Shown here piece by piece: positions 43,106-55,664 of a stretch of DNA of 64,000 nt. A program made the translations under genes and the position numbers. The notes under the pieces were generated by a model, which ran no database searches, had not been told where the DNA came from, and saw only the letters and a list, made by a program, of their open reading frames with translations. Each line of letters begins with the position of its first letter. The first letter of the stretch is position 1. Origin of the DNA: Eledone cirrhosa (Eukaryota); the NCBI GenBank assembly GCA_964016885.1, contig OZ024744.1:5890001-5954000 (forward strand), in the 5' to 3' direction.

Positions 43106-43463
43106 GCTTTTTATTATCACCATCTATTATATTATATTATATTCTATATCGTACTGTAGTTCTCACATTGTATTGCCATTTGTGTTTCAAGTTTTTGCAT
43201 TATACAATATTTTCAATGTGGGTCAACATGTTAATCACTTCCTTGCTATTTGGTCTATATCTATGTTTGTAACTGCTCACTCTTAATCTTAGACAACTTT
43301 TCCTTGATAGCTTTAATAGATGTATACTCGATATTCTTCTGAGTTTTTGGCTTGTATTGGCCGATAGTGCTTCTTGTAGCTTTACTTGCCCTGATGAGAC
43401 CTTAATAGGACGAAACATTGTTGGCTAATAAAGACTTTTGATGTATTGAAGGCTTCTTTGGTT

Positions 43464-43470
<7 letters not shown>
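41948..43470 (+). mobile_element. 3'-UTR-only copy of the Naiad family at 50452-55086, with an inverted 5' part (41948-42245)
   Basis: 42260-43470 homologous to 53730-54980; HHR at 43387-43426; inverted HHR copy at ~42098-42122 lacks stem II and GAAAC. Confidence 0.85.
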
Positions 43471-43509
<39 letters not shown>

Positions 43510-43517
43510 ATATATAT

Positions 43518-43691
43518 ATTTGTATTCCTCATGATTTTCTCGGAGTTTTGGTATAATAAATAAGAGAGACGGTTTTATTTGGACATTTGGACATTTTATT
43601 ACATATGTAATAACATGTCCAATTGTCCAAATAAAACCGTCTCTCTTATTTATTATACCAAAACTCCGAGAAAATCATGAGGAATACAAAT
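43518..43691. repeat. Spacer-less palindrome, ~87-bp arms
   Basis: Centre acat|atgt at 43604/43605; two mismatches near the centre. Confidence 0.9.
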
Positions 43692-43760
43692 CGTTGCGTG
43701 CTTTACGTCTGTTTACTAGAAAGTCGGTAGATTATTTGATCAACCAACTTTCATCAACTG

Positions 43761-43839
<79 letters not shown>

Positions 43840-43843
<4 letters not shown>

Positions 43844-44202
43844 TGTATGTATAGTATATTTGGCAATATACCGTATGTTTAATTAAAAACATTTAGAAGA
43901 CCATACGCTATCATTTTTAAAGTAGTGACTATGTCACTTCTTTTCGGTGAAAGAATGGAGAATGGCTGACTGTCTGTTTCACGCTGTTTGGCTATCATCA
44001 GAGCCACGTACGCCCTGCTTTCGCCGAAAATTATAGAAGCTAGATTATTATAGAATGCCAGTAATAATCAGGAGCTGATTATACAGAGCGATTGCCGGTC
44101 CAGCAAAAATTAGGTATTAGCATTGGTGCTCTGAAATAGCGGTTTATACATGAATGTATGTATAGTATATTTGGTAATATACCGTATGTTTAATTAAAAA
44201 CA
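43840..44202 (-). mobile_element. 311-bp-period non-coding unit with an HHR (43963-44006) and ~52-bp terminal redundancy
   Basis: TGGCT-CTGATGA-tagccaaacagcgt-GAAAC agaca GTC-AGCCA; tgaatgtatgtatagtat... repeated at 43840 and 44151. Confidence 0.7.
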
Positions 44203-44243
44203 TATATTTCATATACGAAGCTATGTTAGAGTTAGAGCCCGTA

Positions 44244-44353
<110 letters not shown>

Positions 44354-44554
44354 ACGCACACACACACACACACACACGCACGCACGCACACACACACACA
44401 CACACACGCACGTACACACCAACACACACGCACGCACGCACGTACGCACACATTCACACACATATATATATATAACAGGGGTGGGCATACTTTTTGTATC
44501 GGGGTCATGAGCGCCATATATTATTGGATATAGTACACTATATTATAGTACAGG

Positions 44555-44850
44555 ATGAAGAACTCAGAGCTGTGTGGGAGCTTCTCAAAAGTCAGCTCAA
44601 AAGTGACACAGAGGAGACTGAGGTTAGTTGGACATGCTCACCGACATCCAGAGTTGACACTACACTCAGTGCTCCTGTGGGAGCCCCTGCATGGACACAC
44701 TGGAAGAGGAAGACAGAAGTTAATATATGTTGATGCCCTAAGGACAGACACTGGTCTCTTGGAGATGCAGGACATGGCAGCGATATTGAGGGACAGAGAC
44801 CGCTGGAGAGAGCTCGTCCATGGATCTCGGGAACGTTACCCTCCCTAGAT
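44555..44850 (+). mobile_element. RTE-clade LINE 3' end
   Basis: RRLRLVGHAHRHPE..LLWEPLHG..RGR..YVDAL..DRDRWR. Confidence 0.85.
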
Positions 44851-44859
44851 AGATATATA

Positions 44860-45297
44860 GATAGTACAGTATAGTACAGTATAGTATAGTACAGTATAGT
44901 ATAGTACAGTATAGTATAGTACAGTATAGTATAGTACAGTATAGTATAGTATAGTACAGTATAGTATAGTACAGTATAGTATAGTACAGTATAGTATAGT
45001 ACAGTATAGTACTGTACAGTATAGAATAGTACAGTATAGTATAGTATAGTATAGTACAGTATAGTATAGTACAGTCTAGTATAGTACAGTATAGTATAGT
45101 ACAGTATAGTATAGTACAGTATAGTATAGTACAGTATAGTATAGTACAGTATAGTACTGTACAGTATAGAATAGTACAGTATAGTATAGTATAGTATAGT
45201 ACAGTATAGTATAGTACAGTCTAGTATAGTACAGTATAGTATAGTACAGTATAGTATAGTACAGTATAGATTAGTACTAGATAGTATTGGATATAGT
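44860..45297. repeat. (TATAG/TACAG)n pentanucleotide satellite
   Basis: Directly visible; variant blocks recur at 145-bp spacing. Confidence 0.95.
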
Positions 45298-45463
45298 GTG
45301 CCAGTAACCTTACGTTTCTTCAGTTAGAATTTAGAAAATATAAAATATAAACGTGCATCATTATAATAAATGAATTAATAAAATTATTAAATACAAAAAT
45401 CTTGAAACAAAGTTTTATTTTAATTTGTGTCTGTACATCACAAAACATACAAGAACAAGCAAT

Positions 45464-45690
45464 TTAATGAGACAAATGCAACTGGTCACAATTTGTTACA
45501 ATTCTTTTAAAATCTGGCAAAAGGTTGCTGGTAGAAATTCTCAGCACGGCATGCAGGTTTGTGTCTGAAATCATGGATCTGTTCTTGGACTTGGTTATTT
45601 TAAGACAAGAAAATCTCTGTTCACAGATGTAAGTTGACCCCCAAAATAGAAAACAATCTGGCAGCAAAGCTTCTCAAACATGGAACATTT
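45464..45690 (-). pseudogene. hAT (Charlie/SPIN-type) transposase C-terminal dimerisation domain remnant
   Basis: GSTYICEQRFSCLKITKSKNRSMISDTNLHAVLRIST. Confidence 0.8.
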
Positions 45691-46089
45691 TCATATATAT
45701 TTATATATTATATAAGATTTAAGTGTGTGAAGAGTTAATTGCTGGATCTTCAGATGTAATACTACTTCTTCGGACCTCTCTACAATTTCAGTTCAAATCC
45801 CACTACTCAATTTGGCCTTTAAACTACCCAATCTCTCTCTCTCTTTCTTCCCCCCCCCCCCTCTCTCTCTCTCGTACACACGCACACATGCACACACACA
45901 GACACACACACACACAGACACACAAACGCACAGACACACACATATATATATAAATATTGTGTGTCCGTGTGTGTTGGACAATGAAAACAGAAGGCGGATA
46001 TTGGTACTTAATCAGTTCATTGTTTTACAATCGTTTCATAAGGTCGATTGAGCCTGATGAATCAATATATTGACTAACTGATAGTGGTT

Positions 46090-46865
46090 ATACAATAACA
46101 CATTATTAGTCACCATACTGCAGATCCATCTTTGTAGCTCGTTATACACAACGGAATCTTATGTGATGAAAGCCTACTCCCCAACTAATAACTCTCATCA
46201 CTCGTTGGAATTATTTCTTCTTGACTACCTGGAGGTGTAACAACGTTATTGGCCATATCACATATATATTGTCTACGTGGCTGACAACCGTATCCGTAAG
46301 CAACGGTTTTATGGCGAACTTGCTCAGATTAAAAGATAACTGAGTAAAACAAAGAAATGTTTCAAGGATGCATTGAAGGAAAAGTTGAAGAATGGAGGCA
46401 TTGAACCGAGAAACCTGAAAAGTGTTGCATTGGATCGCTCTACCTGGCGTTCTAAAATATAAGCAAGACAGGCAGGTAATTATTATGAGGAATATACAAA
46501 TAAACACAGCGAAAGGGAAATTGAAATTAATGGAACGCTTTCTATTTGTAGAGTGTGAGAGAGAAACTGCTTGTCAGAAGCTGGACTTCAATATCACTTA
46601 AGAGCATTTCCTACTGACTATAGAATATACAAACCAGTTCACCCTTATCCCACCACTTATGCCACAAAATCTCAAGGAGGTCTACAGAGATATTTCCAAG
46701 TTAATCATGATACCCAGTCAATTCAAGCTACAGCAATACTTATGTGTAATTTATGTGGACGGCTTTTTAAAAGTATGTCTGGTCAGAAAAAGCCACATAC
46801 GATCTTATGCCAGAACTGAACATCATAAACAATGGAGTGGTCAGCTTTGTATTGAGCACACAGAA
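46090..46865 (+). pseudogene. Highly decayed LINE (RTE-like) 3' end with C2H2-like remnants
   Basis: RW.GH, LYGEL, FKDALK..L, ALDRSTWRS fragments; CxxC..H motifs at ~46547 and ~46743. Confidence 0.5.
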
Positions 46866-46867
46866 AG

Positions 46868-47340
46868 TATATATATATATATAACTGAGAATGTCTGTGT
46901 GTGTGTGTCTATGAGTTTGAATCCCTAAAACTCGAAAAGTACCCAACCGATTTTTTAAAAACTTTACATGAGTATTACTTATGTTTCAGGGAGTGTTATG
47001 CACATAAAAATTCAACTTTTTGATCTCCTATATTGGGTGAAAAACGCAGTTTTTCATGCTTTTTAGGGTTTTTTTGAGGCGTTACGTCAGATCGATTTCA
47101 TTGAAATTGTAACTATGCATTAGTCAGTCTCTTCTTCATACAGTGTGGAAAGAAAATCCAACTTGTTTATGACCTAAGACCCGCATTACGTGAAAAACTT
47201 CATTTTTTCAGGTTTTAGGGCTTTTTCCGGTTTATTTTCTGTACATATTGTCCAGGCATGCAGTTTTTCCACGATTAGGTCTGTTGGCGGCCCGCGTTCC
47301 AAAATACCTTATCTCGTGCAACGCCGGATACCACTGCTAG
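46868..47340 (+). mobile_element. Non-autonomous Helitron, related to 15796-16483
   Basis: TATATATAACTGAGAATGTCTG head; tail gcaacgccgg..actgCTAG|T. Confidence 0.7.
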
Positions 47341-47342
47341 TT

Positions 47343-47458
<116 letters not shown>

Positions 47459-47480
47459 GTGTGTGTGTGTGTGTGCGTGC

Positions 47481-47531
<51 letters not shown>

Positions 47532-47717
47532 CACATACATATATATATATATATATATTAAAATAACAGATTAAAGTTTAAGCAAAGAATCGCTGCTTTC
47601 ACCCTTAACGGGATCTTGTGAAACAAATAAATATTTCCTCTATGGTTTTTATATATTTTATATATATTTATTCTTAACAAGCCCTCTTTGGATTTTATTC
47701 TTTACATTTATTATTAT

Positions 47718-47770
<53 letters not shown>

Positions 47771-48074
47771 TGTATATATAGTGTATTTTGCAATACACTG
47801 TATGCTTAATTAAAAGCATTTCGAAGACCTATTGTTTTAGAGTAGTGACAGTCTCACTTACTTTAAATTTTCAGCAAACAGGGGAGATAAAGTTGACAGA
47901 GCTCTGTTTCGTACTTTTTGGTACTTATCACACGAATGTCTATTTTTGTTAATATTTTGAATTAATATTAATAACTCCTGAAAACCAAAACTGTGGAGTG
48001 CTTCTAATCTATTGTAAAACTTTATTCTTTGATTTATTCATTGAACCTTGTTTAACCTTTAAATATATATATAT

Positions 48075-50415
48075 ATATATATAATATAAGATCAAAAGAT
48101 GATTGAAAGAGTTCCAAGTATTTTATTATGCGCATTTCAAAAACAAACATCATCCTGGGATGATATATGCGTTTTCATCAGATAAAATAGGGATACATGA
48201 TATGAAGCTTAAAAAACACTTGTGAGTAGTGAAGTTTTAAATCAACATATGAAAAATAATTTAAGATTGATGTATGAGATTGGAAAAAAGTGAGGGGGGG
48301 GAGTAGAAAAGGTAAGGAAGAGGAGGAGATGAGAGTAAAGAATGGTGGGGGAGGAGTATAAGAATGAAGGATGAGAGAGGAGGAGATATGGGTGATAGAG
48401 AGAGAGAGATAGCCTTTACAACTGAGAAAAATATATATATTGTCTCACAGAGAGAAGTTAAAAAGCCGTTGGAAGATAATAGATAATTTAAAAGAATTTG
48501 AAATTGAAAGTTAATGAGGTTTATGCATGAAGAGGAAAAAAGGGATTAAGAATAATATTAAAAGGTTTGTATATTGAAGGGTTTAATAATACGTGCGAGA
48601 AAAAGAAATTAATAATATGTATTATTAAAATAAAAATATTAATGTTATTAAGGATATAATGTGAAAAGAAGTAAAAGAATGAATGAGTTGTGAATTTAGA
48701 GGAATTAGTTAGTGTTTAAGTTTGTTTTTTATGTAATGTAATATGTGTACGTAATATATGTACGTAAATAGTTTGTTTTAAAATGAGCGCAGAAAGCAAA
48801 GAAGAAAAGAATGTTTAAGGAAGAAAAATATCTAACATAAAAAAATATATATGTTTAAGAAATATTTTCTAATGGTAATATTATAATATATTAAAGGAAT
48901 TAGTTAGGGTTTAAGTTTGTGTTTATGTATTGTAATATGTAAAAGTCAAACGAGCATGAAAGGAAGAAATAAGGAATTTAAGGAAGAAAAATCTAACGTA
49001 ATAAAAAAAAATGTTTATGTTTACGAAGGACTGTTAAAGGTAATACTATAATGTATTTAAAAAAATAATAATAATTTTTATGGCCAATGATATGAAGAAA
49101 GATGGAAGAATGGATAATGTTGTGGTGAGTAATAATAAGAATTGAAAAGTAGTTAGGAAGCAAAGTTCAGATTAGAGGTTAGAAATTAGAAAGAAAAAGG
49201 GAAGAAAGGAAAGTGATAAAGAGGAATGATATAGAATGAGTAACTTGTATTATATAATATATAATAAATAATATTGAAATAAGGTAGAAAGATGGGTATA
49301 TTTTTAAAAGATATATAATCCTTTGAGAAAAAAAAAGGATTTTAAACTAATAAGGTATTAGATATTAGCTGTATACTTTATGGAATGTTCTGTGGAATTT
49401 ATGCAAGCAGAGAGAAAATAAATCGGTGCGTCTATTTATTATAGAATTGAAATTAGATATAATGGTAAATTTCTCAGATAGGCAAAGATTACATGTTCTG
49501 GATAGGGAGGCATTCAAGTAGGGAGTGGCAGAACACACTTTTCTCCAAGAGATGTTATAGTTAATATTTTTGTCTTTCAAGGACTATATGAGTTCTGAGA
49601 GTGCCGTGTTAGTTCATTTAAGTTGGCATCTAAAAGACGAATTGTGATTATAAAATCTAGCTTTGAAGGAGGTGGAAGTGGAACCGAAATAGGTAAAGGA
49701 ATTGGTATCAGTACCTTATATTCATAGACTAAGTTTGTATCAAGACAATGGTTATTGAGAGGACATTTAGTTCTAACAGGGCAATTACAATTGCGATTAG
49801 AGAGATTAACAGAGTTATTAACAAGTGACCTAGTGTTATTTATAGGAGGAATTGGATTGGAGAAGTTATTTACAATAGGAATAATAATTTCCTGATTTAG
49901 ATTGGTATTATGAATATTCAACAAAGTTACGTTTGACGTCGTATTTGAGTTTGCAGAATCTAGCCTAGAGTTAACAGTGACGTCGGGAGTACTACTGCTA
50001 TTATTATGACGCTCAGTGTTGGAAGGATGTGATTTAATATTTAATATTTTATTGTTGTGTTTAGAGATAATGTTGGAGATGTTGGATGAGGTGGAATAGG
50101 AAGATTTTATTGTATGTTTGTTAAAGATTTCACTATAGATATGTGAGGGAGGGAAGCATTTATCTAAAGCTCTAAAGAATAGTTTAGGAATATTATTATT
50201 AATAGAAATAGAGAAAGGAGCATTATACTAGATTATATTTTTGTATCTAGGTCTTTTATTTAAGTTATTGGAAGATCATAATTAATTATTTTACTGTAAA
50301 ACTCTTTTAACCATCTTTTGATCTTATATTATTTATACTCCAGTCCTACAAACTGTAGAGTGTTACTTATCCGATATTTGCATTGCTTTATTGTGATACA
50401 ATAAAACTCACCTCC

Positions 50416-50420
<5 letters not shown>
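48075..50420 (-). mobile_element. Naiad-like PLE 3' part (GIY-YIG ~49365-50270), long AT-rich UTR, decayed HHR at 48121-48188, inverted tip at ~50290-50420
   Basis: YNAPFS, FNKHTIKSSYST, CNCPVRTKCPL..CL, CNLCLSEK; CTGATGA-AAAC..GTTTTT-GAAA then AATAAA. Confidence 0.8.
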
Positions 50421-50451
<31 letters not shown>

Positions 50452-50457
<6 letters not shown>

Positions 50458-53400
50458 ACTGCTCCTGACTGGTTGAGCTTCCTCCTATATACTGGTGTTT
50501 TGGCCTTTATATATATCTGACAGTATGCTAACAAAGAGTTACCTCCCTTTATCTCTGAAGAATATTCCCATCCCCTCTAGAAATACATATGAAAAACTCT
50601 TAATTGCTAGTGTTAACTCCTTCGTAAAAAGGATTAGATGGCGTGCTTTCCACTATGATACTAATAGGAATAGTACTGACCCCAAGCATAGAACTCATTT
50701 CAATAACTTTGGCTTCAAAACTTATAAGAGCCCACCACATAATGTTATATTAGATAATTTTGAAAATGACTTACTTTCCCTTGTCAAAAATATTAAGTAT
50801 AGGCCAAATAATAGACATGGAAATTATAATAAATTTGACAGGTTCCAGTCTAGACTTAAAAATATTGTTAAGGGTTTTAGTGCGAATAAGTCTATTCTTG
50901 TCCCGGCGGATAAGACTAAGAATCTATACTCTATGGATTACAGTGCTTACCGTGATTTTATTTATAAGGAGCTGCATAGAAATTATAAAAAGACTACGCA
51001 GGATAATTTGAACCATATCAATAGTGAGGGTCTTAAGATAGTCTCGGACCTTGGCCTCGATAAGTATACCCAGCCATATTACCCTAGGGAACCGAGATTC
51101 ACTCTTAAGGATCATAAGGTAGACTTCATTAGTAATCCCTGTTAGACTCATCTGTCCTTCCAAGTCTTATATAGCCATAATTAGTAAGAAAATCCTTGAC
51201 CTTATTATACCAGATGTTAGGGAGAAGGTTAATTTTAACCTTTGGGGGAGCACTAAGGAGGTTATAGATTGGTTCTCTGGTATTGATAAACTTGAATCTA
51301 GTAGGTTTATCCAGTTCGATATTGATGCCTATTACACATCGATTTCACCCATCCTCCTTAACAAAGCCTTAATGTTGGCCATGAGAGTGTCCAACCTTAC
51401 ACGATCACAGGTAGATATTATACTAGCAGCCCGTAGAACTATCATTAATTTTGAGGATACATTTTGGACCGTAAAAACACGCCCAACAATTTCGACGTTA
51501 CAATGGGTTCGAGTGATTCGGCCCAGGTAACTGATCTTGTTGGGCTGTTCCTCTTAAATGAACTATATGTTACCTTTCCGCACCTTAAAGGCGGACTTTA
51601 TCGTGACGATGCATTGTTTGTGATTAACTTTAGCACCAACAACGTCGAGCATAATAAGAAAAAGCTTTATAAGTTTTTTTAAAAGCTATAACCTTTCGAT
51701 CACGATAGATAGAAACGATAGAGCGATCAACTTTTTAGATATGACTTTGGACTTGGTCACTAATAGTTTTAAACCCTTCCATAAGCCTAATGAAATACTC
51801 TCTTATGTTAGTCCCAATTCTAACCACCCCAAATCTATGATAAGCTCTATAATTAATGGGGTATCTAATAGGATTTCCACACTCTCTAAGGACGTAGGAA
51901 CATTTAATGCACATGCAGAGTACTATAATAATGCCCTAGCTAATTCCGGTTACTCTGGTAAAATACATTATAATAATAGTAACCTTAGAAAATCTCCGCT
52001 TACTTATAATAATAATAACATAATATCCCATAATATGGCCATGAATGGGAGTAGAAAGCATAAGAATCGTAGAAATCACATAGGTGTATCTGAACCCATC
52101 CATAAGTCAAGCCACCGGTCTCGTAATAGGGAATCTAATACTTCTAGGAATCAAGTGGAGCCCTCTGAGCGCTCACTTAGTGGTAATGCTTTTGCTAAAT
52201 CTAATTCTAATAGTGTTGTTTCTACTGATCCTATTATTAGCCCTAATCCTTTTGTTATGTTTCCAGATAGCAGCAAATATACTAATGGTAGAAACAGAAA
52301 GAGACTTAATGGAGTTTCGGCTGATTCTAATAATGTGGTTTTAACTAGTCCTTGTAGTAACCCAAATCTTAATAAGGGGATATTATATAATTGTAGAGTT
52401 GGTAAGGATAAAAATAGAAGGAGACTAAATACTTATTTTAACCCGCCATATAATCAGGAAGTATTAACCAACATCCCTAGGTCTTTCTTTTCTATCTTAG
52501 AGAAAAATTTCCCTCCTACTAATAAATACCATAGTATTTTTAATAAAAATGTAATTAAGCTTTCATTTTCTACCACCCCTAATATTAGTTCTCATTTAGC
52601 TAGCACTAACAATGGGAAAATTAGGGATGGATACTCCTCTCTACGTACTACTAGTCTGAATAGATCCATAAATACTTTACCACCTGTGCAGACCTTATCT
52701 CATAGTAACCCTACGTGTGATGCATCACTACTTCAGCCGATCAATAGCACCCGGAAGTGTAACTGTAGAGTGAGTGCTAACTGCCCTTTGAACGGTAACT
52801 GCCTCTCTAAGAACATCGTTTATGCTTGTGTAGTTAAAACCAATTCCTCTAATAGCACATATATAGGCTCTACATCTAACACTTTTAAGACTAGGTTTAA
52901 TTCTCATATCTCTAATTTTAAACATGTTAAGTTTAAGAATTCTACTTCTTTAGCACACCATATCTGGGATCTTAAGGGGGTTAATATACCATATAGCCTT
53001 AATTGGCGAATAGTAGCACGCTCTAATAACCTTTCAACACATACTAAATTTTGTAATCTCTGTATCCTTGAGACCCACTCTATAATTTTCTCTAGGGAAA
53101 CCTTACTTAATAGAAAGTCTGAGATATTCTCTTCTTGCCCCCACGCCATTTCAAATTCTTTCTTTTATTATAAACCTAAAGGTTCTAGTAGTGTAAATTG
53201 TATCCATTAGCTGCTATATTCCCTTATCTTTTTAGTTTAGGTTCATTTTGTTTACCACCATCATTATCATCATTATTATTATTGGTTTTTAACAGCTTTT
53301 CATTCTAGCTTTCATAGTCTTTTGGCTATCATACCATATCTATCTTCTTAAATATTATATTTTCACTATTAACACCTTATGAGTTTATATCTGATTATAT

Positions 53401-55082
53401 ATTTTATTTTATATTATTTTATTTTATTTTATTTGGATTCTTCTTTGGATAACTACCCCCCCCCCTCACACACACACACACACTTGTCATTCGCCCCTTC
53501 AAATATACTATAATTATATTCAATTCCCTTTTATGCTCCTTTCTATTGTATAATACAGTATATTAATTATGATTTTATGCTCCTTCGTATCCTTCATACA
53601 TTTCTTTTTTCTGTCCCCATTGGCCTACCATAATTCTATTTAAAGTCTGTTTATTAGATAACGTTATTCAACTGATAGTAGAATATTTCATTCTTCTCCA
53701 GATATTTTATAGTGATATCTTAAAATTTCGAGATTTTGATTACTTAAACCATAGCTAATTTTGTATTGACTTATTATGTATTTTAAATACTTTCAATATT
53801 AATTAACTTAATAGGGTTTTCTAGTCATTTATCCGGGTTTGTTTCCTAAATTTGTTACTTAACTGCATGTGACACCTAAGTAAATACTTTTGTTTTTGTT
53901 TTTCGATTTCCGGTTGATTTTATTTATATATTTATACTACCGTGCGTAGTTTTCTGTCTGATTCTCATTCACTTATTCACAAATGTCTGTCCACCAACCA
54001 CGTAATTATGTATATTATACTATGTTCAATATTTTATATTGAAGTTTTATATCATTCCACTCTTTGTAAACGTACTACTGATCTTTATTATTTACCGATT
54101 ATTAAATGTACCATTATGTTATGTTAAATTATGTAAATTATGTAATATGTTTATATTTTTATAATTTTTGTAATGTTTGGATAATATTTATTTATTTACA
54201 CCAATTGTATAGAAATTTGACCTCCATCTGTTTTTTTGCAATGTTTTGATATTTTTCCAACATAATCTTTCCAACATAATTTAGTTCTGTACAATATTTT
54301 TTCTCACCCGGTCTGTAACCCTATATGATTTGTTAAGTTATATGCCATTATATTATAATATTATTATTATAGTGTTATTGTAACATTTATATTGTTTGTG
54401 CAAATTAACCGGTGATTATCTATTATATATAGTTTATTATATATTATATGTTTACTTTTAATCATTTATTCTTCATTTTATACTGTAAATAATATATGTA
54501 TTATATTTTTATTTTTATTTTTATTCTTATTATTCTTATTTATATTTAAACTCTTAATAAGGGTTAATTTGTGCTTGTATTGATGGAAATGTGTATTGAT
54601 ATATATGTATATATGTGTACATATGTATATATATATATATATGTATATTGGGCCGTTTAACATTATTATTTTTATTATCAATTATAGTATATTATATTAT
54701 ATTATATTATATATAGTACAATAATTCCCGCTCTATATCACCACCTTTGTTTAGCTTTAGTTTTTGCATTGGACTATATTTGTAATATGGTTCAAAATGT
54801 TATTCACTTCCTTAGCAATTTTCACTTGATGTACACTCCATATTCTTCTGAGTTTTTTGGCTTGTATTGGCCGATAGTGCTTCTTATAGCTTTAATTGTC
54901 CTGATGAGTCCTTAATAGGACGAAACATTGTTGGCTAATAAAGATTTTTGATGTATTGAAGGCTTCTTTGGTTTATTTTCATAATTCTTCGGCTCTGTTT
55001 AATTACATTGAGCTATACTTATACTGTCATTTCTATAATACGAAGAGGGTGTTTAACTCCAACACACTCTAGTATTTTAATT

Positions 55083-55086
<4 letters not shown>
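50452..55086 (+). mobile_element. Near full-length Naiad-like PLE; ORF 50525-53210 with three frameshifts; 1.9-kb 3' UTR; (TA)n on both sides
   Basis: SLKNIP, RIRWRAF, FGFKT, ADKT, KDHK, RLICPSKS, QFDI, FDVTMGSSD, YRDD, YFNPPY, CNC..CPL, IVY..YIG, CNLC. Confidence 0.93.
54897..54936 (+). ncRNA. Minimal type I hammerhead ribozyme, canonical core
   Basis: gtc-CTGATGA-GTCC ttaata GGAC-GAAAC att GTT-ggc, immediately followed by AATAAA. Confidence 0.85.
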
Positions 55087-55151
<65 letters not shown>

Positions 55152-55295
55152 TATATGTGTGTGTGTAGATATATATATAGTGACATCACCAGTTTCATAT
55201 TTATAACACATCGTCAGAAGTCGACCTCCTAAGTTGCGTTAGAAAATATGAAACTGTTTATCTGATCGATAAATACCACCCCAACACACATCTAC

Positions 55296-55350
<55 letters not shown>

Positions 55351-55387
55351 CCAATGAAAAGAACAAAAATAACGAACCCTACAATTA

Positions 55388-55570
55388 ATTGTTTCTACTT
55401 TAGGCACAAGGCCAGAAATTACCCAGTACATTACTGGTACTTTATTTTATCGACCCTGTAAGGATGAAAGGCAAAGTCAACCTCGGCGGGATTTGAACTC
55501 AGATCGTAAAGGGACGTAACTATGCTGGAAAGCATGGCGTCCGACCCTCTACTACCGATACTGCTAATCC
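55388..55570 (-). mobile_element. tRNA-derived SINE with a MetaSINE-like core
   Basis: Minus strand GAGTTCAAATCCC (B box) then gaggttgactttgcctttcatcct..gggtcgataaaataaagtaccag. Confidence 0.75.
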
Positions 55571-55664
55571 ACGTCATCAATTAATACAATCAATTAGAAC
55601 ATGGCGCCAGTATTCTCATTTCAACGATCACTAAAGATACTCCATATTTGTTTATATATATATA

